Shown here: one piece after another, positions 25,601 to 36,336 of the stretch
Layout: each line of letters opens with the position of its first letter
Numbering within the stretch: position 1 is the first letter of the stretch
Source: Vicugna vicugna
Lineage: Eukaryota
Length of the DNA: 64,000 nt
Direction of reading: 5' to 3'
Assembly: GCA_013265495.1 (NCBI GenBank)
Contig: MU057781.1
Location: forward strand, 870,001-934,000
Made by a program: the position numbers and the translations under genes
The notes under the pieces: model-generated
What the model was told of the DNA's origin: nothing
Seen by the model: the letters and a program-made list of their open reading frames with translations, nothing else
The model's database searches: none

Positions 25601-27361
25601 CTCCTCCACAGAAGTGGCGCCAGGCTCTCCTCGTCCAGCCGGGGGCTCCAGGTCCCCCTCATGAGACCCCAATGGGGTTGCACTGGCCCAAGGCCTGGGG
25701 GAGAGAGCGCTCAAGTCCTGCAGGTGGCCGCCCAGTAGGGCTTTTTCACTGGGGAGCACACAGACTGCTCCGCCCTCGGACCTCAGTGACAGGTGCTGCA
25801 TGCTGCCACGCGACCCTCCCCACCCGCCCCACCGTCTCACCACAGCGATGCCCTGACCGTCAGCCCCCGCCTGGCCTGGGCCTGGGCCCCCTACCAGTCA
25901 CCCTCCCTCTCATTAGGCTGAGTCCACTTTGAAGCGTCAGCGGGAGGTCTCCCCGCAAGACTGCCTGCTCCCCGGCCCATGTCCAGCCCCTGAGCCCGGC
26001 GTGGGGGGCAGTGACCCCGCAGACCCGGGTGCCGCTGCTCACTGCTGTGTCCCTGCACCCGGCCCCGCAGGCCTTCCCTGCTCCTCCAGCCGGTGCCCCC
26101 GAGGCATGTCCCCGCCCACACTGGCCATGGGCAGCTGCCCGGCCTGGCCGCAGGTGCCTCGCAGGGGGCCGGCTGTCCTTGCTCTGCTGTTCCAGCGGGT
26201 CCTCCTGCGGTCCCCCGGCCACACTGCCGGTCCCACCGTGGGGCTGGCTGTCTCCCATCTGAGAGCGCTGAGGCTGCTCCCCGGCGGTTGTCAGGCCACT
26301 GCTTCCTTAAACGGGACTGTCTCCCACTTGCCTCTGTTTGTTTTTAATATTTTAATTAAAATGATTTGCTTGAAAAGTAAGTCCACCTTCTTAGAAGATG
26401 TTGGTAAATGCCTTAAATAGAAGGAAGACTACAGGGTCCTGTGGCCCCGCGGCCTGGCCCACACTCCTGAGCTCCCTGCTGCTTCCCATGCGAATGTGTA
26501 TTATTGCCCAGAGGTGGACACAACGCGTAGACCGCACGGAATTCCCTGAGCAGAATGTTCTTTTCTGGTCGTCAAGGTGACACACGCACGCTACAGGAGT
26601 GGAGGTCCCAGAAAGTCGCCAGGAAGGAGACAACTTTGCGGCGTCCTCAGCCCCTGCTCGGTGCCCGCATCTGGGCGTGTTTCCCTGGGGGCGTCCTGGG
26701 GCTCCTGCCTCGAGATCAGCCCCTCGGCTGGCTTTTAGCGCCAGGTCAGCATCAAGGCACCGGTTGCTCCTGGTGGAGGACGGGCTAAGGAGGAGCTGGG
26801 TGTCAGGTGACCTGATGGTTGAGGTCTTTCCTTCTCTAGGCGTGAAAATAAATTCATGCTTCAACAAGAGGTTTCATGGTGCAGGAAGGCTGCATTCACA
26901 GTCTTGGGCAAGAGCAGGATGCTGTGCTTCTGAGGAGGGGGACTGTGTCTGCTTGGTGCTTCTGCCACCCTGGGTCGCAACCACGAGAAAGGTCGGCCGT
27001 GGCTGGGACGGCCCTGAGCCACGCGGCCCCGCAGGCAGAGACGCACCTGAACTCCGGGGAAGACGTGCAGCACAGACACACCTGCCAGCTCAGGGACAGG
27101 CAGGGCTGGGGCCGCCTGCTCTGGGCAGTAGAGTCTGCACCAGCCTCGTGGCTTCAGACCCCTCACCTGGGGGCATGCAAGGCTCACACTGAGTCCTTTT
27201 TCCTGCGGCGCAAGCATGTCTTCAAGGACACTTGGACACTTCTGTCCATCAGTGCAATCATTACCACCATTCTTTATACACAGATATGTCAAAATCCAAC
27301 TGCTTTGATCAATAGTAAAGGGCGTTATTATGAATGCTAAACGGGGGCGCTATCCTAGCTG

Positions 27362-27462
27362 CGCTGGCACAGCTAATGGGTGGCGGTGCCGCATTTGCAC
27401 CCCCGGAGGCCGACGGCTGGGACCCTTGCCGCGGCAGCGCTACCCGCTGGCTGCGCTGCCCA
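27362..27462 (-). mobile_element. MIR fragment, strongly GC-shifted
   Basis: GGCACAGCTAATGGGTGGCGGTGCCGCATTTGCACCC aligns by eye to MIR CACAGCTAGTAAGTGGCAGAGCCGGGATTCGAACCC. Confidence 0.5.
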
Positions 27463-28249
27463 CTGTCTGCGCGAGGGAACGGGCAGGGACTTCGTGGCTG
27501 CAGCGGGTCCTGTCCCGTTGCAGCCAGCGAGTCTGGTGCCCTGGACGCCGTGGCGCGTTGCTGTCCTGCCCCCTGCATCTCTGCAGTGACCCCATCTCGC
27601 CCCGTCTCTGCAGGCACCCCTGGCCGCCTCCTCCGTTCTTCAGGTGGACTGTCTTGGAGGCCTCCCCACGTTGCGCAGGGCTGGGCCTCCCACGTCCTGT
27701 GAAGGTCGGTTTTCTTCTTCCTCCAAATACCATCTCCAGACATGGTTGCTCTTCTCAGTCTTCAGAATCACACTCCTCTTCCGGTTTCATGCTCTTTCCC
27801 CCTCATCCCCCGGGTGCCCCGCTCTGGCGGTGCAGGCTGTCCGTCCAGACTGCAGATGGCCCACCGTGCGACTGTCTGGAGCGTGACAGCTGCTCCCCCC
27901 GGTCACCCCCGGCCCCCAGTGCCCACAGAGCCCGTGACTCCACGCCAGTTCAGGGCCATCAGCTGAGCCACTCCGAGGCCTGGGCTGGCCTCGAGCAGGC
28001 TTGGTGACGCTTCTCTGCTGGGAGATTTGAAGTTCTTGACCGTGACTGAGCCCTCGATCTCCCTCCAGAGTCATCACGAGCCTCCCACACACGCATGTCA
28101 GTCTCCGAGCAAGTGGGTGCTGGTGTCTCTGTGCGGACAGGCGCTTTCCCAGCCCGGGAGGCTCGCCTTGGTCTGGGGGCCAGGCCTGCACCAGGAGAAG
28201 CCCGGGTACTGGGGGAGACACCCACCTGCCCGGCATCTACTCTGTACAT

Positions 28250-28560
28250 ATTTTTATGGCAAATAAACCTCAGATACAGAAAACCACACCAAGAAAACAC
28301 GTAGTTAGTGAGTTGGTATCAGGTGAGCACCACCCCAGCCAATGCAGAGCTTGGCCAGCCACCCCCACCCCCTGCACATGCCCTGCCCCCAGCCTGGGGC
28401 CCCAGCCTCACAGCAACCCCAGCTCCCTGGCGTTGACAGTCAGCTTCCATGTGTTTCCCTGGAGCTTTGCCCCAAGCTGCGTACAGAACAACCGGGCCCT
28501 GCCCACCTGCGGATTTGCCTGAGGCTTTTCCAACACAGGCCCCCAGCCTTCGTCTCCCCA
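28250..28560 (-). mobile_element. Old L1 (L1MD/ME-like) 3' end, antisense
   Basis: TTTTTATGGCAAATAAACCTCAGATACAGAAAACCACAC pattern followed by a degraded antisense 3'UTR. Confidence 0.5.
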
Positions 28561-31500
28561 GGGCTCACCTGTGATTTGCTGAGGGGCCCACGGGGCTGTG
28601 CTCGCTCCTCTGTGTCCCCTGACAAGTGACAGCTGTGTCCAGGGGCTCTGTCAGTCCCGTCCCTTCAGCAGGCTTGGAGGGGGATGACCAACCCTCAAGG
28701 GTGCGCCAGGCCTGCGGTCACCCTTGTCCTGACGTGAGCTGCTGCAGGGCCCACTCCCAGATCCATGCACCCTCGGCGGCTGCGACGCAGTGACGTCTGG
28801 ACTCTGTCATCGCCCTTCAGTCTGAGTCACGTCCTGACACCTACTGCAGGCTGCCGACGGTCCAGTTCTGGGAGGAAAGGCGGGGTAGACACTTGGTTCG
28901 CGCCCTTTGTCTGCCTGCTCTGATGTAAGAGTTGGTCGCCGTCACCCGCAATCATGAGGTTTTGTATAGACGTTAAAAACGCATGTATTTGGTGGGCTGT
29001 GTCGATCGCTACCATTACCTCTTCTGAAGGTCAAATCGCCCGCCCTGGGTCGGCGGGAGCCCCTCAGGAGGGTCTGAGTCTGCTCGAGGGCTGCTCCCCG
29101 CCTGGGTGGCGGACTCGCCCCGACGCGGCGAGGCCTCCCGGGGGGTGTTTGCTTTTCCGCGCCCGCTTCCCGAGTCGGCCTCCTCCACAGAATCCCGGCC
29201 TCCTTGCGGCTGGGCTGACCACCGTTCCTAAGCCTCTTCAGCAGACAGCTCAGGACCACAGGCTTGGGTTTTCTGCTTCTTTTTGTTGTTTTACTTCCGT
29301 ATTTGGTCTGTAAGTCCTTTCCTCCGCACTGAAAATCCGTGCTCTCAAGGGCGCGGGGGATGATATAGAACTGAAATATTCCACGATTACTCACCGCCTT
29401 TGTTCCCAACTGTGCACGCAGCGGCACCCCAGCAGCAACACGAACCCCACAGTCACCCACGTGGTGGCTGAGACGGGCTTTAAAAGCGTTTGCCAGGCCC
29501 TCTCTATTGTCCCCCGTTTCCTAATGGTGCTGCGTGCGCGTGGCCTGCGCCCTCTGCTGTCTCCCCGTCTCAGTTCTGTGTGACCGTGTTTTTAATCCCC
29601 AGTACTGTTCCTGGAGCGCCAGCGCTGTTCCAGTTATTCTGACTGTTCGGAGCCCAGTAAGGGCTCATGGGAAAGCAGTTCCTGAGTTCTTGTACATTGA
29701 CAACAGTTTCCTTGCGGAGTTTAATACTTGAAAGTCAGTTTTGCTGGGTATAAAAACCCTTGTCTCACCTCCCTCAGGACAGAGGGGTGTCTCACTGTCC
29801 ACCTAGGAGGCGGTCTCCAAATGAAGGCATGGCAGGTGGGAGTCTAGAGCCCGTCCTCGGGGTGGACAGAGTGTCACTCTCAGACAGCGCACCTGGCCCA
29901 GCCCCCAAGCCTGGGACTGTTCAGGGCCACCTGGAGATTAGTCTACCAGAAGTTTCCATGACCCTAGTCATTAGATACACACACACACACATCACACATG
30001 GATGTTTAAGCCTGCCCCTCAGCTAAGGCCAAAGTTTACACTTCACCCAAGCGACGTGGACCTGCTTAATTCAGGGCGCAGGCACACATGGTGACGCAGA
30101 CACACACAGTCACGTCGACACGCAGTCACATGCACACACACAGGTGCACCTGAGCCCCCACCTCACCCCACGCCTGGCAACTCGTAGGTATCTGATGAAC
30201 ACCTGTGGCAGGTGACAGGCTTGTGGTGAGTCTCCAGGACAACGTGGATACGTGGTGGTTTCCTCTCAAAGGGAGGAGCAAAGGGAACCACCCCTGGGGG
30301 TTTGTGGTCTCAGAGACCCCGGGCGGGGGACTAGCCATGGCAACGTGGACTCATCACTGTTCAGGTCACCCTCGAAATGTCACTTCTTCAGAAAGGCCCC
30401 TCGGATCCCCAACCAGGTCACATCCCTCTCCTGGGCATGCAGCACCCGCGCCGGCTCGGCATTTGTCACTGCTGTGATTCCTCCCTGTGCTCCTGTCTCC
30501 AGCCCCCTGGACCACCAGCCCCCGGGGACAGGGCTGGGCCCGCCGGCCCCCGGTTCCCTGGCCGCCTCCTTGTGGGCAGAATGCCGTGCTGCGCAGGCGA
30601 GCAGCGGGGCTGGGAAGGCAGGGCTGTGCCACCTCTCGGCTCCAGCCAGGATCCCAGGTCCAGCGGTCCATGGAGACCCAGCAATCCGGAGCCTCGCAGG
30701 GAGGGTGTCCGGGGAGGCGGGCACCTTCTGGAGCTCAGACGCGCTGCACACCCTGGGGCGTGAGCTCATGCCTCGTGACCGTTCAAGGAGCAAAGCCCTG
30801 GAAATTCTGGAACCAAACCAGCCAGGCGGGAAGCCAGCACAAGAGCAGGGCCAGGACCAAGCTTCCCAGGTCCCTGCAGGGAGGGCCCGGGGGGCCACGG
30901 AGGCTCAGAGACCCGGGAGTGGACGAGGGGTTGGCGCGGAGTGAGCGAGCCTGGCCACACACCTGCTCCCTCTGATGGGAACTGGGTCACAGCTCACCGG
31001 GGCCCTCGGACAGCTGGCTCTCCACTGCCTTCACAGAAACTCTGAGAAGGGTTTCACACTGAGATGAGCTTTAGACATAAAGTGAACATCTCAGCTGGGC
31101 CAGCATTATCTCAACAAACTGACATCCTCTGCTTTGAACCAAACAGAAGAGCCAGCAAAGCCCAAATTTAGCCACAGCCGCCTGAGAGGCCGCATGGCCC
31201 CGAGGAGCCCCAGGCTCCAGCCTCCGGCACAGGCACCCACGAGCCCCGTGTGCTCAGCACCACCGGCCGGGGATGGGGACAGGGACGGGGCCCCCAAGCC
31301 AGTCCCTCCTAGAGTTGCACCATGATAGGCTCCCTCAGGCAGGGCCCGCAGTGGGATGCACCCCGCAGTGGGGACACTGATTGATGGGGGGCTGTCAGGG
31401 GAGAGCACTCCTGCCCCTGGACACAGCAGGGGCCGTCCAGGTCCCCAGATCCTGCCCCACGGCTCCGGTGTGGGATGACCGCCTCCCTCAGAGACCAGCC

Positions 31501-32039
31501 CTCCCCTGCTGGGCTGTCTGCAACTGGTCAGGTGGTCCATCCAAGTCTGGGGGTCATGTCCTGGCAGGAAGCAGGTGGCCCATGCAAAGAGGCTGATGGG
31601 GGAGAGTCTCCAAAGCTGAGGCAGGGCTCAGTGTGTCCTCGGGGCCACAACATAGAAGGAGGTCTGTGGGCAAGGCCAGCATCCAGCACGGCCACCCCCA
31701 AGCTCCGGGGGTCACACAGCAGTTGTTGACAGGAAGTTAGTCTAACGCCACGCTGTGTGTCCCCGTCATCCCCGAGGATTTTGGCTGTGCACTGCTGTGT
31801 GCATGGAGCTTGTGGCTGGGGGTTCTGATTTGTGCCCAGACTTACTGATTCTGGGGACATTTCCATTGATTCCAGGAAAGGCGGAAAAGGCCTCTTTAAG
31901 CAATTTTGACACAGGTAGGATGCGCTACCACTGAATGTTACAGTCTGTGACTAGTCCATCCAACAACCCTGGTGTCTGAGTCCACAATGGGATGCAGTCA
32001 CTGTGACCCAGTTTCCTCTTTTGAAAACTGTCAGGCTTG

Positions 32040-32312
32040 AGCCCAGGTCCATCCTTGGCTGAGCCTGGGTCCATTCTGCACTGATCCTGGGTCCATCTTG
32101 GGCTGATTCTGGGTCCATTCTGCCCTGATCCTGGGTCCATTCTGTGCTGATCCTGGGTCCATCCTGGGCTGATTCTGGGTCCATTCTGCGCTGATCCTGG
32201 GTCCATCCTGGGCTGATTCTGGGTCCATTCTGCCCTGATCCTGGGTCCATCCTGCCCTGATCCTGGGTCCATCCTGGGCTGAGTCTGTCTCCCTTCTGGG
32301 CTGAACCTGGGT
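32040..32312. repeat. 22-bp VNTR (CTGAT[C/T]CTGGGTCCAT[C/T]CTGNN), left copy
   Basis: About 12 tandem units with alternating variants (44-bp higher-order dimer). Confidence 0.95.
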
Positions 32313-32418
32313 CTATCGTGGGTGATTGGTTCCCTTCAGGTCTCCGACCTGAACAACCACACCTTGTCTCCAGGTTGGCCCCTCTGTGTCCTTCCCTCCC
32401 TCTCATCTGGGGGGGGGG

Positions 32419-32787
32419 NNNNNNNNNNNNNNNNNNNNNNNNNNNNNNNNNNNNNNNNNNNNNNNNNNNNNNNNNNNNNNNNNNNNNNNNNNNNNNNNNN
32501 NNNNNNNNNNNNNNNNNNNNNNNNNNNNNNNNNNNNNNNNNNNNNNNNNNNNNNNNNNNNNNNNNNNNNNNNNNNNNNNNNNNNNNNNNNNNNNNNNNNN
32601 NNNNNNNNNNNNNNNNNNNNNNNNNNNNNNNNNNNNNNNNNNNNNNNNNNNNNNNNNNNNNNNNNNNNNNNNNNNNNNNNNNNNNNNNNNNNNNNNNNNN
32701 NNNNNNNNNNNNNNNNNNNNNNNNNNNNNNNNNNNNNNNNNNNNNNNNNNNNNNNNNNNNNNNNNNNNNNNNNNNNNNNNNNNNNNN
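32419..32787. other. Assembly gap (369 N)
   Basis: Run of N. Confidence 1.
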
Positions 32788-33032
32788 GGTCCATTCTGCC
32801 CTGATCCTGGGTCCATTCTGTGCTGATCCTGGGTCCATCCTGGGCTGATTCTGGGTCCATTCTGCGCTGATCCTGGGTCCATCCTGGGCTGATTCTGGGT
32901 CCATTCTGCGCTGATCCTGGGTCCATCCTGGGCTGATTCTGGGTCCATCCTGCCCTGATCCTGGGTCCATCCTGCCCTGATCCTGGGTCCATCCTGGGCT
33001 GAGTCTGTCTCCCTTCTGGGCTGAACCTGGGT
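32788..33032. repeat. 22-bp VNTR, right copy (duplicated across the gap)
   Basis: Same units and same downstream unique flank as the left copy. Confidence 0.95.
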
Positions 33033-33771
33033 CTATCGTGGGTGATTGGTTCCCTTCAGGTCTCCGACCTGAACAACCACACCTTGTCTCCAGGTTGGCC
33101 CCTCTGTGTCCTTCCCTCCCTCTCATCTGGGGGGGGGGCGTCCCTGTTATTCCAGGACCCCATCCCCACGAGCCTGAGGTCATCTTTGCCTTTGAGGCTA
33201 AACCACAGAAGAAGAACCACATTAAGCAGAGCCCCCAGGAACGAACCTCCTGATGTTTCTGTCATGAGGATCAGCCCTCTCACCGGTCTTGACCAGAGTG
33301 TGCCCATTTCAAGCGTGGAAGTTCCCACTGGCACCGGCCCGCATCCCAGAGCGCATCCTTCTGGGGATCCCCAGGAGGCAGGGCCCGGAGCAGAGGCTTA
33401 TGAGCAGTCGCCCGGTTAAAGTGGGTCGTCCAGGGAAGCAGGTGTGCGCCGAGGGGCGCGGGCCAGGGAGGGGCGCACGCGGACAGGGCGCCAAGAGTGT
33501 GGGCTGAGCGCACCTCTGCTGAGCTGCTGGGACGCACGTCTGAGACGCACCCATGCTGCACGCAGCACAGTGACCCGAGGCCCCGCCCGCACGTCCAGCC
33601 CTCTGGTGGTGGTGGGAGCGGGCGGAGGCCAGAGCTGAGGGGACGTGCAGGTACTGGCGGGTGTGGCCGAATTGGACATTCAAAAAATGTGAGGCTTCTG
33701 TTTTCTGTCTCCTGGGCCACCCGGACCTGTTCCAAAGGGCATCACTGTCAGTACCTGCCCTCTGAGGTGCA

Positions 33772-34340
33772 GTATAGGAGGTTCCTCAAAAAAATAGGGG
33801 TTACCATATATCCAGCGAGTCCACACCCAAAAGAGCTCAAAGAGGGTCTGGAACAGATACCTGCACATCGTGCTCATAGCAGCTGATTCACAGCAGCTTA
33901 AATGAGGAAACCACCCAGCGTCCACCACGGAGGGGACGGGTAAGCAACCTGTGGGCGGTCCACACCGCGGAACATCGTTCAGCCCTGAGAGAGAGACAAA
34001 TCCTGGCACGTGCTGTGACGTGGATGAAGCTGGAGGACATTATGCTGAGTGAAATACGCCAGACACAAAAAGACAAGTATCGTATGAGTCTCCTTGCGTG
34101 AGGTCCCTAGAGCAGCCAAATCCACGGAGACGGAAAGTAGACGGTGGGGCCCGGGGGCTGGGAGTCGGTGTTTAGTGGGGACAGAGGTTCAGTCTGGGAA
34201 GATGAGAAAGTCCTGGGGAGGGTGGTGGCGGCGGCTGCACAACAGTGTGGATGTGCTCAACGCCCCTGAGCTGTGTATGGTGTTGGGTCAATGGTTAAGC
34301 TGGCACATTTTACGTTACCTGTTTTTTACCCCCAAAACAT
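33772..34340 (+). mobile_element. L1MB-type 3' end
   Basis: GTGGATGAAGCTGGAGGACATTATGCTGAGTGAAATACGCCAGACACAAAAAGACAAGTATCGTATG...GAGGTTCAGTCTGGGAAGATGAGAAAGTCCTGG is characteristic of L1MB 3' ends. Confidence 0.9.
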
Positions 34341-35477
34341 TGGGGAAAACCATGAATGCACCGTTGATTAAAATAAGAACGGGAAACCAGCTTTTCCGTA
34401 TGACTTGAGCCCAGGGCACGCGCCACGTGTTCTGTCCGTCACCCCGGCAGCCACCAGCACATCCAGAGGGCCCTTTATTATTTGGTCCTGTTTATAAACT
34501 TGCTTAAACTTCTTTAAACATTTAAAACTGATATTATAAAATCAAAAAATTCCATTACCTTTTACCCTATTTGTCTGCCTGACAAACTAGACAGACTTAC
34601 ACAGGGGGGCCTTTGTGTTTTGTAAACACCCAGAACCGCACGGCAGTTTATGAGTGACGTACTGATAGTGCGGGTCAGAACCGACGGCCCAATTACCCTG
34701 TTTAAACTGGGCTCCCAAACTCTCCGCAGTGCTGCCAAGAAATAAAACACCAAGCGCGCACAGAACCCCCAGCATGCGTCGCTGCTCGGGGTTTGCTGCC
34801 CTGAGGGCGCGTCTGCTCTCAGCGGGCTTCTGTCCGCAGTCGGCCGGAGCGCAGCAGCTTCCCGGAGCCTCCCGGCCTCCGTCCGTCCGTCCGTCCGTCC
34901 ATCCGAGTGCTGGTGATGCCGGCCTATCAGGACTGAAGCTGACTTTGCATCTCTTTGGCCATTAAGATATTTAAATGTCTCCCACTTGACTCAAACAACT
35001 CCATACAGAAAACATCTTCTTCTGCGTCTTTTTGGACCTCACAGCTCAGAGCGTCTAAAGTGTCCTCCCGTTGCATTTTGACTCTAGTGTTTTGGGTTGT
35101 ATGGACACGGCTTCTGAGCTCGCCCGTCGTCCAGCGGAGCAGAGCCCGGGTGGGGGGCCGTGGGAGGGATGGACAGAGCTCAGTGGGCGTGCAGGGAGAC
35201 AGCTTGGGTGTGGCCTTGATTGTCAGGGAGGGGGTGTCCTCTCCCAGAGGTGCGTCAGTTAGCAGGTGGGACCAAGAAGCCAGCGTCCAGGGGTGCGAGG
35301 GCGTCCCGGGCTGCAGGCAGAGTCCCGGCCTCTCTGGGGCCTGGGAACCCCTGGGAACCCCAGGGCTCTGAACCGGGAAAGGGAAGAGGTCTTCTGTAAC
35401 TGTTCCCATTTAGACCTTATTCTCAGAGCTCAAACAAAGGCCCACTGCACAGACGTCCTCTGGGTACAGGAGGAGCA

Positions 35478-35728
35478 GCCACATTCAGAGACGAAGCCAG
35501 AGACTGTCTCCAGTCCTAGGGGGTGTCCGGAGCCGGGGGCGCAGAGATGGAGTGATTGCTAAGGGATACAGTTTTCTTTTGTGGGTAACGGAAATGTTCT
35601 AAAATTGACTGTGGTGATGGTTACACTCATTTGTGAACACACCCAAAATCACTGAATTGTACGCTTCAGAAAGGTGGTGTGTGGTGTGTGAACTGTATCT
35701 CATGAAAGCTGTTTTTCTTTTTTAAAAG
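35478..35728 (+). mobile_element. L1MB7/8-like 3' end
   Basis: GGAAATGTTCTAAAATTGACTGTGGTGATGGTTACAC...CACTGAATTGTAC...GTGAACTGTATCTCATGAAAGCTGTT. Confidence 0.85.
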
Positions 35729-36316
35729 AGATACTATCCCAACAAAAAGCGTTTTCTCAGCAGCTGTTTCTAAAGGCAGGCACGGCGAGGGCAGGGTCCC
35801 CTCCAGGACCGAGTCTTGGCGCACGGGCGCAGGGAGGCTGCTCTGCACACGTCTGCGTCCTCACTGGCCTCCCCGGCCACCGAGGGCCACGTCGCTCCAG
35901 CCTGACCTCGGCCTGGAGGGAGCAGCTACAAACACACGGACGCACCCACGGACTCTGGTCCCGGGAAGGCGGCTGCCCTGCCCTCCCCGTCGGTGTGTGA
36001 CTCCGCGGACACTTGGTGTGTCAGGCATAAGCAGTCGTGGAAATTTCCCACCATATTTAGGCCAAGATGAGTCAAAGGCGAAGGAAATCTTTTTTTACAT
36101 TTATCTCTTATAACGATGACTTGGAAGGCCCATTATTAAGGATCTGTCCGGATAGCGTTTTATGACTCAGTCAGAGTGAGCTTGTCCTCAGCGTCCTGGC
36201 GCAGCCTGCAGGGGGGCAGGGTGGGCTGGGGGAGGAGTTCGTCCTACACTTCTTAAGAAAAAAAGACATCAATCATAATTCTGAGGCTTCTGATTTTCCT
36301 GCCAAGAATGTCACTT

Positions 36317-36336
36317 TTTCTGGAAGTTTCCAGAAA
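36317..36336. promoter_or_regulatory. Perfect four-pentamer heat-shock element (candidate HSF site)
   Basis: tTTCtgGAAgtTTCcaGAAa = nTTCnnGAAnnTTCnnGAAn. Motif match only; binding untested. Confidence 0.5.

Noticed and set aside
27333..27352. Partial CTCF-like motif (GGGGGCGCTA); similar ones at ~3770 and ~17580
   Set aside because: Only part of the consensus matches, which is common by chance in GC-rich DNA.
31951..33222. 423-aa repetitive ORF and other X-containing ORFs
   Set aside because: They read through a 22-bp VNTR, an N gap and a probable false duplication.
36051..36141. CArG-like boxes CCATATTTAGG and CCATTATTAAGG
   Set aside because: They have 7 and 8 A/T bases rather than the 6 required for CC(A/T)6GG.
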